Source of the DNA: Catajapyx aquilonaris
Lineage: Eukaryota
NCBI GenBank assembly: GCA_000934665.2
Contig: JYFJ02002838.1
Coordinates: forward strand, 1-50,039
DNA length: 50,039 nt
Direction of reading: 5' to 3'
In this document: one piece after another, positions 1-12,035 of the stretch
How positions within the stretch are numbered: the first letter of the stretch is position 1
How the letters are laid out: each line of letters opens with the position of its first letter
Notes under the pieces: model-generated
What the model was told of the DNA's origin: nothing
Databases searched by the model: none
Seen by the model: only the letters and a program-made list of their open reading frames with translations
Position numbers and translations under genes: made by a program

Positions 1-359
1 CCAGCTGCAGCAGAGACGATCCACGCCAGCGCAATATATTAATGGGTCTCCGCCCGGCCGGAAGGCAGAGGGAATAAGAGAGGGGGCGGGCGGGGGGGGT
101 CCTATCGCAGGTTGTAGCGGGTAAAAATAAAAAAAGGGTCCTCGAGAGTTTTCGGAAATATCAGTAGGATCGTTCAAGCTTCGTTTTAAGAGACATTCAA
201 AAAATATCAAAAATGTCCAAGTTTGAGCTAAATCAAAATCAAAATTTTGTCGCCATTTAGAAATCGCAATTTTCATTTTTCACAATTCTTGCTGTCATAG
301 TATTAAAGGGCGTTTCCAGACCTGTCCAAATCACTAATCACATTTGGAATCACTTTAGG

Positions 360-1971
<1,612 letters not shown>

Positions 1972-2612
1972 TTATTCATGTTGTGATGCATATGTTTTCT
2001 AAGAGGCTTTACGGTAAGTTTCATTTCAGATTCTTGATTATAATATTATGTAGACTTATGGTATGTATAACATCCGGTGTACTAAACATTGTACGTATGT
2101 TTCTGTGACGGGGAGAAGGAGAGAAGTTACTTTGTATAGCTCGCTGCATCTGTTTTTAACCCAACTGCTTGTGTTTTTAAAAGTTCTGGGCTTGTGAACA
2201 CTATGTGCATAGTACCTGTAAGGCAGTACCACACATGCAACAATGTCTAGAACTCATTACAGTTTCGAAAAAGGAAAATAGAGTTGGGTCACAATGCATA
2301 AAGTTGGTTGCACCTACACATGCAGTAGAATATCTATTATCAGATGTCGACATAATAATATTTATGTTGCCATGTTCTGTTGCATGTGCTGCATGCACAT
2401 GCAACAGAACATGCAACCACATGCAACCACATTACAATGTTCCAAATTTTAATATGTTGTCAAGACAATCTTCCTTTGCAAATTACACAAACTCGGGGCC
2501 GATTATCGAGGTTGATTTAATTATTCGAAAATAAAAAAGTGAGCATATGGATGAGATCGGAACTTAGGGTAGCTTCAGTTAGGTACTGATTGATCAAAGT
2601 CCGTGCAAAACC

Positions 2613-2673
<61 letters not shown>

Positions 2674-2720
2674 TCAACAACAACAACAACAACAACAACA
2701 GCAGCAGCAGCAGCAAGCTT

Positions 2721-2770
<50 letters not shown>

Positions 2771-2778
2771 TATTATTA
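2613..2778. repeat. Compound trinucleotide microsatellite (TAA)n-(CAA)n-(CAG)n-aagctt-(TCA)n-(TTA)n
   Basis: Directly visible consecutive triplet arrays. Confidence 0.97.
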
Positions 2779-2869
2779 ACTGCACTTACGGCGAGAAGCA
2801 ATGACAGAAGTGTAGGGTTTGTATGTCCTCGTGTAAAAAGTTCCACACTCAACCTCTCGGATGGAGATG

Positions 2870-2870
<1 letters not shown>

Positions 2871-2905
<35 letters not shown>

Positions 2906-3234
2906 GATACCCCGTGCTCGAGCCTTCGGCTCGTTTAGGGGGGTGGCAGACCACCATACAGTTTTCTATTTTCTTCAATCTCCGTGCAAGGAATACTAGG
3001 ATATAGGGTAGGGAAAGGGATTGTTGGGGAGGGGACACTTGTGCAGGTGCATTGTCCTATGGCTTTTGGGCCATGTGCAGTCCCCCAGGAGGTTAGGTTG
3101 CCAGACACCTCCTTGGTGCAGGTCAGAGACCCTCCTGACGCAGGTGAAAGGAAAGTTCCCCAGGCGGGGATCGAACCTGGGGCCTTTCACTCAGCAAGCC
3201 GTGACGTTACCATCACGGCCACCACACCTCCCCC
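2871..3234 (-). mobile_element. tRNA-derived SINE, family A, full length with (TAA)n tail
   Basis: Minus-strand head ggggaggtgtggTGGCCGTGATGGt...GGTTCGATCC (Pol III A and B boxes). 13-bp TSD cggatggagatgt at 2858-2870 and 3235-3247. Homologous to 13645-14004 and 14213-14560. Confidence 0.9.
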
Positions 3235-3356
3235 CGGATGGAGATGTACTGCATGAGACGGGGCATGAGTGGAGCTTTCATTTGGTATCCATTGCATATT
3301 TTTATTCCCAATAGGCGCCTGACAGCGAGCCGCATCGCCATAAGGCGCCACTCTAA

Positions 3357-3507
3357 AGGCCAAAACACAAAAAGATTTTGCGGCAGCGGCAAGCGGCAAA
3401 CGCGTGCCCCGCCAATTATTATTAATTATTGGCAACAATATGCCGCGCGACAAATATGCCGCAACGCGCGCCGTGTGCCGCGCGACATTTTTTGGGGGAA
3501 ATGGCCT
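3357..3507. mobile_element. PIF/Harbinger-like (Tourist-type) MITE
   Basis: TAA|AGGCCA...TGGCCT|TAA: 3-bp TAA TSD, imperfect TIRs of about 30 bp, internal gccgc repeats. Confidence 0.65.
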
Positions 3508-4049
3508 TAATTCGTATTCCCGCCTCCTTTTTTGCCCTAAGTCACGTGATCCCCCCGTCTACTGGTATATAATTGTGGTCTAAGAGCCCAACATGCAAAA
3601 TTCCAAATCAAAGAATATTAATCCGGGGCCCCTGCTGGCACTCCCACCCCCTTTCCCCCCTTTCTCACCAAACCGGGTTTTCCGGGTTTTTCCTTATGGC
3701 AGCCCCCAACCATGGCAGCCCCTCTTCCGAGCTTAGAGCCTTAGACAGCTGTTCCCATGGTTGCTGTTCCCACCCCCAGAAAACGCGGAGGTATGTCCAC
3801 CTAGCGGCCGGTGTTGTCAGTTCTTGAGTACTCGAATGGCTGCTGCTATGGCAGGCAATGCGGGAGCGACGCTGGGGAATAAGCGGATTGGGAATAAGTC
3901 CAACACGATCTGTTGTGTGGTCGGGTGCCACCATACACACAGCCGAGGTGTGCCTGGAGTTATCCTCTACAATTTCCCAGGAAAGCCCTGGGAAAAGGAG
4001 CAGCGGGAGAAGTGGATCCACGCAGTTAAAAGAGTCAAGTTAGTCAATT

Positions 4050-5480
4050 GACCAATTTCCAGATGCGCGCCTCTCGCGGCCCAATTCGGCCTGCTATCAA
4101 AATGGCGGCGTTATGAGTGCAAGGCGGGACTTTCCTATCCCTGCCCATGTTAAATGGCCTCTGCTTGCTCGCGTCTGGGGGTCTGGCCCCGGGGCAGATC
4201 TTGTTGACATATTTTTTTGTGGAGTGAGGAGGTTCTTGGCCTGCCCTCACCAGGTTCCAAAAGTTAATTGGCCCCCGTGCGGACTGCCCCCGGAGTGATT
4301 TCGTGAACGTGCGAGTTTCTCAATACTAATCCGGCCTCTCATTGTCCGCGTCTTATGGCTTGGCCCCGGGGCAGATCTTGCTGGTATTTTTTTTTGGAGT
4401 GACCAGAGACCGGACCTTCCCTTACCCGGTGTCTGAAGTGAATCGGCCCCGAGGCGAACTGCCCCCGGAGTTATTTTGTAAGTGGTGACGCCGCTTTTCT
4501 CATTATTATAATTATATCCGCCCTCTTCTGTCCGCGTTTGGTGGTTTGGCCCCGGGCAGATCCTGCTGAGAATTTTTTTAAATGGTTCCACTAATTTCAT
4601 AAATTACAGGGTCACATTTTAGACTCCCAGCATAACAAGACTGCTCCAAAAATATGCATGCATACGGTATAGATATACGTATAGCCACATTTATATTTTA
4701 GAAGAAATGACACATTTAAAAAATTAATGAGAAAGCTACAAATTTACACACATATAGTCAAAAGTGAGGTCCATTATCAAAAGGGTTCATGCTCAACAAC
4801 ATCTGCCCCGGGGCCAAACCACCAAACGCGGACAATAATAAGAGGGCGGATATAATAATGAGAAAAGCGCGGTCACCGCTCACAAAATAACTCCGGGGGC
4901 AGTTCGCCTCGGGGCCGATTCACTCAGGCACCGGGTAAGGGAAGGTCCGGTCTCTGGTCACTCAAAAAAAAATTACCAGCAAGATCTGCCCCGGGACCAA
5001 GGCATAAGACGCGGACAATAAAGAGACCTGATTACTATATTGAGAAACTCGCACGTTCACGAAATCACTCCGGGGGCAGTCCGCCACGGGGCCAATAAAG
5101 TTTTGGAACCCGAGGGCGGGAATCTCTTCACTTCAAAAAAATATCTCACCAAGGTCTGCCCCGGGGCCAGACCCCCAGACGCGGACAATCGGAGTCCGTA
5201 TATGAGAAAAGCGCGATCACCATTCACAAAATCACTCCGGGGGCAGTCCACTCGGGGGCCAATTAACATTTGGAACCTGGTGAGGGCAGGCCAAGAACCT
5301 CCTCACTCCACAAAAAAATGTCAACAAGATCTGCCCCGGGGCCAGACCCCCAGACGCGAGCAAGCAGAGGCCATTTAACATGGGCAAGGATAGGAAAGTC
5401 CCGCCTCTGCACATATAAACGCCGCCAGTTTGTTGGCAGGCCAAATTTGGCCGCGAGAGGCGCGCATCTGGAAATTGGTC
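4050..5480. mobile_element. Foldback-type non-autonomous DNA transposon with long modular TIRs (AATT TSD, possibly Sola1-like), inside the transposase intron
   Basis: AATT|GACCAATTTCCAGATGCGCGCCTCTCGCGGCC ... GGCCGCGAGAGGCGCGCATCTGGAAATTGGTC|AATT. Arms are about 4050-4570 and 4790-5480, built of about 175-bp units, around an AT-rich spacer. Confidence 0.88.
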
Positions 5481-6683
5481 AATTGCATCTCTGTGCATTT
5501 GGATTGGTCCCTGTTCCTCCTCAGGTGGGCTGGACCCGGGGCAAACCGTCCCTGGATTTTTTGAGGGGTGAAGGATCCTTGCCCTTCCTATTGACCTGAG
5601 TTTGGGGGGGGGGGTGTTTGGCCAGGGGCAGCCCTCCCCTGGGCTGACTTGCTCCTCAATGTCTCCTCTGAAGATTACAAACACAAGTCACATACTGACT
5701 ACAATATTGCACTTTGGGGGAGGCTCTGCTTGCTTACTGTAAACTCATTAAAAGCTGCACGTCAACACTACAATAAATTATATAAGTGTACTAGCTCATT
5801 GCCCAGAATAGAACTGACCACCACATAGTGCAACAGATCATATTCATTCATTTTTTCATTACATCATGGCATTAATCCCATAACGGGGTAGCCAGCGACG
5901 ACTAGTGTACACCGTACCCCTAGCCATCTCGATTGACCAATACAATGAAATCTTTTGGTGACTGGTCATTGCCATTTGAAATATGCTGGTGATCTAACTA
6001 ATTTTTGATACAGTCCGGTTGATTTTTGGGAATGATACTTAAGAGCCCAGAGTCACATACCCAAAGGAATATACCTTTCAAGGAATTCATGTGCAACCTG
6101 TTATTTTGCAGTTGTGATGGAACACCCTGGCGACCAACGAAATGGTCCAGGATTTGCAGTTCTCATTTTGTTGGGGGGAAAAAATCAACACACCCAGATC
6201 ACCCTGCCTTTGTTCCCACCCTTTTCCCCGACATGTACAGACGTCAACCCCCCACCGAAGCAGGCCAGAGGAGAGGACTGCTACGTGCAAGTAGGATGCA
6301 ACGTGCTGGATCAGTACCCAAAGAAGATGAAGATGCTGCAACATGTATTCCTGCACATGGAGCACCTGGAGAAAATGGAGAAGAAAGAGTACGTCCAACA
6401 ACAAGCATTGCCGTACAAACAGACCTTTATGCAGAATCTGCCGTCACCGGGAATATGCCACTTCTCTGCTGTGTCCAGATTAGGACTTGCAATGCTGAAA
6501 CAGGTAACATGAAATGTGACGCTTCGACTCACACCGTCATCCCTCCACACAAACAACTGTGTAATGCAGGAAGTCAATGTACAATTACCCCTCGTGTTGC
6601 CCCAAAGTGTACCAAAAAAGGTTTTATGATGTAGCAGATAATGGTGAGGTAGGCTACTGTATGAAATGACAGGAGTTACACTT

Positions 6684-7352
6684 GAGGGGGTGAAAATCAA
6701 AAACCAACAGCTCCGTCATAAACGTAACGGAGAAAAACGAGAAAAACCTACACTTTCGCCGTATGTCAACGTAGACACCTGAATGTAGCGGCTATAGATT
6801 CCTTTACTAGCAACACAACCATTGGTAAGTTATTATGAAATCATCCGCCATTACCCAATGAGCTGTGGACCGTCCATTCCGCCACTGGGCGGTTTTTGAT
6901 TTGCAACAGCTGGGAGTTGGCGGTTTTTGATGCAAAATTGAGTGAGGGAAACATGAAACACAGGTTTATCCGGCGTGTAAATGTTTAAGTTTATTCCACC
7001 CTTACATACCAACGTTCTATTGCATTACGCAAGGTGTTCTGTTAAATGCGCATCTCATTCGCACCATCGTTATCCGTACGAGCTTCGCAGTATGTACTGT
7101 CTCCCATAGCTTTAGTTTCGTGATGGAGCTGGCGGTTTTTGATCTGTAATTTTCTGCGAGTGGGGATGGAGCTGGCGCATGGCGGTTTTTGTTACGGAGG
7201 TCATTTTTCACCCCTGCATTTGACGGCTTTGTTGTAGGGTTTTAAATACCATATTAAGGTATTATGTACTCCATGGCATGAGGAATGCATTGCCGGCGCT
7301 AACTCATTTTTTTTGTTTTTTGGAGCTGTCGGTTTTTGATTTTCACCCCCTC
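6684..7352. mobile_element. Sola2-like non-autonomous DNA transposon inserted in the transposase CDS
   Basis: ACTT|GAGGGGGTGAAAATCAAAAACC(A/G)ACAGCTCC ... CTC|ACTT: about 31-bp TIR, GAG termini, 4-bp TSD, internal ggcggtttttg repeats. Removal restores the frame MTGVTL|VTFTTLL. Confidence 0.88.
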
Positions 7353-8089
7353 ACTTGTCACGTTCACCACATTATTGACACTCATTTCTTCATCCCTCAA
7401 AGACACGCATGGTATGACTAGAGAAAATAAGTTGATGCTGTTCTTAATGAGAATGCGATTAGGAGTAACATTTTCTGCTCTATCTGTTTTTTTTGGCTGT
7501 CACGCAACAACTTGTGGGTATTTATTTCATCAAGTCTTGGAGCTCGTATACACTGCCACACACAACTGGGTATTTTGGCCAAAAAAAGGAAACTATCCAA
7601 GAAACAATGCCAGAATGATTTAAAAAAGATTTTGCGCAATGTCGTGCCATTATTGATTGTACTGAAATACTGGCTGAGAAGCCCCAGTTGGGGAGGGCCC
7701 AGGTATAGGCTACTTGTACTCGCACTATAAAGGGGCATATACAGTCAAGTTTCTCATAGCCATTGCACCTAACGGCTTTATTTCATATGTATCAGACTGT
7801 TATGGGGGAAAGGCAACCGATTCCCAAATCACTATTGAGAGTGAATTCATACAGGCCCTTGAGCCTGGTGATGTAATTTTAGCAGATAAGGGATTTCCAC
7901 AAATTCTGACGCATATAACTGAAGCTGGTTGCTCTTTGGTGATGCCGCCATTCGCAAAATCCGGTGAGTCCCAATTCTCTCAGGTACAAATGGAAGACAC
8001 TTAGAGAATAGCTTCAGTGAGGGTCCACGTTGAAAGGGCAATTTACCGAGTGAAGTATTTTCATGTTTTGTGGAAAGTAAGTATAGATG

Positions 8090-8687
8090 CAGTAAAACTT
8101 CTATAAGTCGAACTTCCTTAAGTTGAAGTTCTCTATAAGTCGAATAAAATGAAGAGCTTGGTTAGTCACAATGTAAAATAATAGAAAATAAGCTTCCCTA
8201 ACTGGAATTTCTAAAACGCGAAGTTCTCCATAACTCGAAGTACTGGCAGGGCCTTACGATGGGATATCAATGAATTTTCAGTCCCCATAAGTCGAAGTTG
8301 ATGTTGGCGAGTAAGGAAAATTTTCTCATTTCCCAGCCAAAGGGTCAAGAGTAGGCTACATGTACAGAAAGGCTCAATCTCCTGATCTCCATCTACCAAA
8401 CATACCGGAAGACGTGTTTGACTCGATTGTGACAATTGAATCCTTGAATCTAAGAGTAGACAAATGTCCATAACTGAGTTGTTTTTTTTTACAATAAAAC
8501 AATGAGGAACATTGTAAGTGTGATAGTGACAGTTATTTCTACGTTTTGAACACCTTTCGTCACTGGATATAAGGCTTCCTTACAGAGTTCTGTGCTTTAA
8601 AAAATCCAAACTTCTCTAACTCGAATCTTCTGTAATTCAAAGTTTTTTCCCGGTCCCATGGAGATTCGACTTATAGAAGTTTTACTG
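8090..8687. mobile_element. pogo/Tigger-like MITE inserted in the transposase 3' end
   Basis: TIR CAGTAAAACTTCTATAAGTCGAA; right flank TA, left flank TG (decayed TA); internal ataagtcgaa/taactcgaa repeats. Removal restores KVSID|SYPHVDK. Confidence 0.9.
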
Positions 8688-8969
8688 TAGTTATCCCCAT
8701 GTAGATAAGTTCATAAGATGTTGTTGTGCATTTGACAATGCTATGGGACCGTTGATTCGGTAAAACGTGAATATAATAAAATAGGTAAGGTTAATTAGGA
8801 AATAAAGCTATTGATCATGTTCAAGGTTTATTTTGTCTTTTGATTCTGTGTAACTTATCTGGCTTTAGAGATCAAGGCCAGTCATAAACATCCTTTGCAG
8901 AAAAAGTCATGCACAGTCATGTATAAACTATGACTACGACTATGACTATGACTCGTATATATACAAAAT

Positions 8970-9545
8970 TTATGTGACATTCTTGACAATGAATGGTAAG
9001 TATGTTTTAAAATAGAAGTCTTCTAGTGCAGGAATAAGGGAGGAGAGGAACACCTCATCTTTTTCAACATAAACCAGAACTTGTTCTGTTTTTGCATAAA
9101 ACCACAAGTGGCACAAGGTACACCCAGTTACGTACATTCCCACTTGTATCTGTGTGTAATATGGGTGTGTGGGTTTGAGCTATATTGCGGAGTCATCACT
9201 CAACACTAGATAATCCCATGGGGCTTCTTCGATTGAGGATCAATGACCTCACCTTGTCGACACTTAATATGGGCACTTTATCTCCAGAAGAATCATTTTG
9301 TCTTTTAGAATGCTATTGGGTGAACAGCACAACCAACTTTGCCCATCACACACCACTGTCCCCACAATATGAACTCTTCCATACTTCTACTCGTACAGCT
9401 CCCGTGCTACACTTTCCATCTTCACCCAATAGTTCATGGATGCCACTCTGGCCTCTTTTGCAAAAATGAAATGATGTATAAGCTTCTCCCTGTGAGCGGT
9501 TCCCGGTCTCTTCATTGCAGAACTGATTTGGTGTGCTCTTGTGAC
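8970..9545 (-). pseudogene. YqaJ-like (lambda-exonuclease fold, PD-(D/E)xK) nuclease pseudogene, 5' truncated
   Basis: Minus-strand translation: MNYWVKMESVARELYE*...GTVV...WLCCSPNS...LLEIKCPY / LKPTHPYYTQIQVGMYVTGCTLC...DEVFL...LEDFYFKTYLP...*. These are decayed versions of the YqaJ motifs G..E, SPDG, EIKCP and YY.Q.Q. Absent from the ORF track because of stops and frameshifts. Confidence 0.88.
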
Positions 9546-10288
9546 AAAAATTCCATAATGAGCAAATTTCTAGACGAAATAGGGTTAAATGATTTTAAAA
9601 TAGCAAGGTACTTCCAGCACTAAAGCAACATTGAATACCTCCACAGTCTAAAACGTTCATACATCGTTCTTGGTCATATTTTACTACTTGATAGGAGTAT
9701 TTAATGCACAGTACAGTACCTACTAAATTATAATGAAATTCGGGAGAGTCACTGCAAAGCTAGGCTGAAGCAGTGACCCTTCCTGACGTCCGAAATGCCC
9801 TCCTAGTGGCCCTATTCGCTGGCACGTTAAGATGTAAGTTCGATCCCTGGACCTTCGTGGGTTAGACGTTAGATGGAACATGTGGGATACTTCTCGGAGG
9901 CAGCACCTGGCCCCACACCCGTCTACCCTTTCCCCCTTTTCCGCCAATAATATAAAGGGGTCTTGTGTTGAGTCAGCCCTTCGTCAAAAACACCTCTGCA
10001 CATTCACGTACTCAATTGCGATCCTTATAAGCAAAAATTGGTTGATATAGAATGGAGCACATGGTTAGGGGCACAACAAGCTACAAAAAATTACTGCTAT
10101 CGGGCGATATCAGTTATCAAAAAGTGACCCACGAATCTGGAACACCCTGTATATGATAGTAGTGAACCCGTCGCCAAAATTAGGCAACACTGCCCCCCCC
10201 CCCCCCCCCCCNGTACAATATGCCACTTCCAGTTGACGCGCACCCTCCCTCTGCACCCTACTCCCACTCCATGTGGTAACTACATGTA

Positions 10289-10436
10289 TAATCTGTCTCA
10301 ATAAGGTTTGGCCACTTTATCCTGGTCTTGAAGCAACCCTTCGCACAGGCCCCACGGTGAGCAGGTGTGTGTGTGTGTGTGGGAAGGGTTGCTTCAGGAC
10401 CAGGATAAAGTGGCCAAAACTTATTGAGACAGATTG
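10289..10436. mobile_element. Tc1/mariner-like hairpin MITE
   Basis: About 55-bp TIRs (c/t)aatctgtctcaataag.tttggccactttatcctggtc.tgaagcaacccttc, TA flanks, (TG)n inside. Confidence 0.85.
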
Positions 10437-10868
10437 TACATGCACCTATAGGTGATGAAACAACACGTGCAAGGACAAAGTCACGCTTACCCAATTCTAC
10501 ATAATATGAAAACGCGGAATTAAGAGTGATGTCATTCAGTATAAACTACCCAGCGGGGGTGAGGGGGTGGTGGGCTGTGTATATAGCCTACAGCCAACCG
10601 ATGCGATGCCAAAAATGCTTCTAGCTCACGCTACATTCTATCACCAAACTTTTCTAACCGCTTTATTCATTTGTCACTCGTTATTTTATGTCGAGTGAAT
10701 ATTTTAATGTGATGTAAATTTTAAATTTACAGTTGACTATGTATATGGAAGGCCGTTTCTTGGAACATTTAGATTTTTCTCACCTCTTGACCTGTTGGGG
10801 ATTAGAGGGAAATGGTTTGAGCATGATATAGCTATTAACTGAAAACCTTTCACATGCATGAAGAAATA

Positions 10869-11262
10869 CAGGGTGGTTCAACTTCAAGTGTCGTTTTATA
10901 ATGGCTATTAATAGAAGCGCTTTACGATTATCGTAGCAGCCACGTGTAAAATGGCCCACTTCGGTGCCATCGAAAATATTAGCTGTGTTTCGTTTGCCGG
11001 CTTCCCCCTTGCATTACAGGTCCATGGTCCATCTGGTGCCTTGGACGTCACCCATTTCACCCAGGCGCATCGCAGGTCATGTGTGCACCTCCTTTTTTCC
11101 AGGTCAACCCAGCAGCAGGGTTGATCACATGTGTGCTGCTATTGGCAGCGAATATTTTCGATGGCGCCGAAGTGGGACATTTTACACGTCGCTGCTACGT
11201 CATCGCAAAATCACTGCTATTAATCGCCGTTATAAAACGACACTTGAAGTTTGACCACCCTG
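10869..11262. mobile_element. Tc1/mariner-like MITE with long TIRs of about 115 bp
   Basis: TA|CAGGGTGGTTCAACTTCAAGTGTCGTTTTATAA ... TTATAAAACGACACTTGAAGTTTGACCACCCTG|TA. Confidence 0.9.
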
Positions 11263-11753
11263 TATATGGTTATGTGTGTCATGAAGTTTGTCACGGGAAT
11301 ATCCCTATTGAAATACTCAATCAAACCTCACCGCTCTCTGTGATAATTACAGTATTTTGATAATTAAATCAATTTAATATGGCTGTTGAGTTTGGGGTCG
11401 CGACCCTCAGTTTGGGAAGCACTGCACGAAGGCCTCCGCATATAACAGTTTTGTGTATATTTTAGTATTAAAGAAATAACATATTTTAGATATTTTTGAC
11501 AGTTTTGTATTTACCAAGCCAGGGTACTTTACAATCATGCTCCGTTAATGTCTTGGATACTTGTCGGTGTCTTTCGTTGGATTCATGATGACAGTTTCCG
11601 TTAAATAGGAATAACACCCCTAGGGCACACCGTAATCATGCCTCATTTATAATAATTATGCAAAGGGATCGTATTTTGGTCTTATAATATAGGTTCAGAG
11701 CCCTTATTAAAGCAAATGTGGGAGTTACTTGCCACCATGTTAAGAGTACAATA

Positions 11754-12035
11754 CAGTAGAATATGGAATATTGCGGACTAAACGTAACGGCATAGCGGTA
11801 AATCCGGATAATCAGGATCAGGAAGGGGGGGGGGGGGGNGGGATGAAACTCAGCACTTTACGGAAAGTGGTTCCAAGTGAGGTGTTTAAAATCAAGTTTA
11901 CTAAATGATATATAAAATGTGAGAAAGTAGTGACTGTGATAATATGGATCAATGTTTGCATGCCATAATTAGAGATAAATAGCAAAATATGTGGATATTC
12001 AGATAAATCGGAAGTCCGGATAATCGAGACTGCTG
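11754..12035. mobile_element. Degenerate pogo/Tigger-like MITE
   Basis: TA|CAGTAGAA... left end; repeated tccggataatc motifs; right end gtccggataatcgagactgctg. Confidence 0.45.

Larger units (their letters stand above)
3836..8763 (+). pseudogene. THAP-domain DDE_Tnp_4 transposase pseudogene; coding pieces 3836-4038, 6112-6683, 7357-8089, 8690-8763
   Basis: A GT..AG intron (4039-6111) joins ...CCVVGC...FP...W..AVKRVN|CDGTPWRPTKWSRICSSHF...VPTLFP, a complete C2CH THAP domain. HTH region KLMLFLMRMRLGVTFSALSVFFG. Catalytic motifs IIDCTE, YSHYK, YGGKATD, LADKGF, RVHVERAI and a C-terminal NAMGPLIR*. Stops at 7616 and 8002, frameshifts and insertions. Confidence 0.92.
3836..9545. mobile_element. 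Degenerate ISL2EU-type (PIF/Harbinger-ISL2EU group) DNA transposon; coding span given, termini unresolved
   Basis: THAP-HTH-DDE_Tnp_4 transposase on + and a convergent YqaJ-like exonuclease on -. This two-gene content is the established ISL2EU architecture. Confidence 0.85.

Noticed and set aside
2517..2907. Homopolymer-rich ORFs
   Set aside because: Products of the compound triplet repeat and a SINE tail.
3165..3234. tRNA gene calls for SINE heads (also 13645-13720, 33040-33117, 49230-49304)
   Set aside because: A and B boxes are present, but there is no convincing cloverleaf and each continues into a repeated body with tail and TSD, so they are SINEs.
4044..5684. ORFs within the foldback element, and a CRISPR-like reading of its periodic motif
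   Set aside because: GC-rich repeat translations; the sequences between motifs are homologous to each other and inverted across the arms, there are no cas genes, and the context is eukaryotic.
3310..9816. aatagg (about 3310) and cctatt (about 9811) as the ISL2EU TIRs; also a short pyrimidine-rich direct similarity at about 3640-3671 and 9910-9947
   Set aside because: Matches are only about 6 bp or low complexity, which is insufficient to define termini or long terminal direct repeats.
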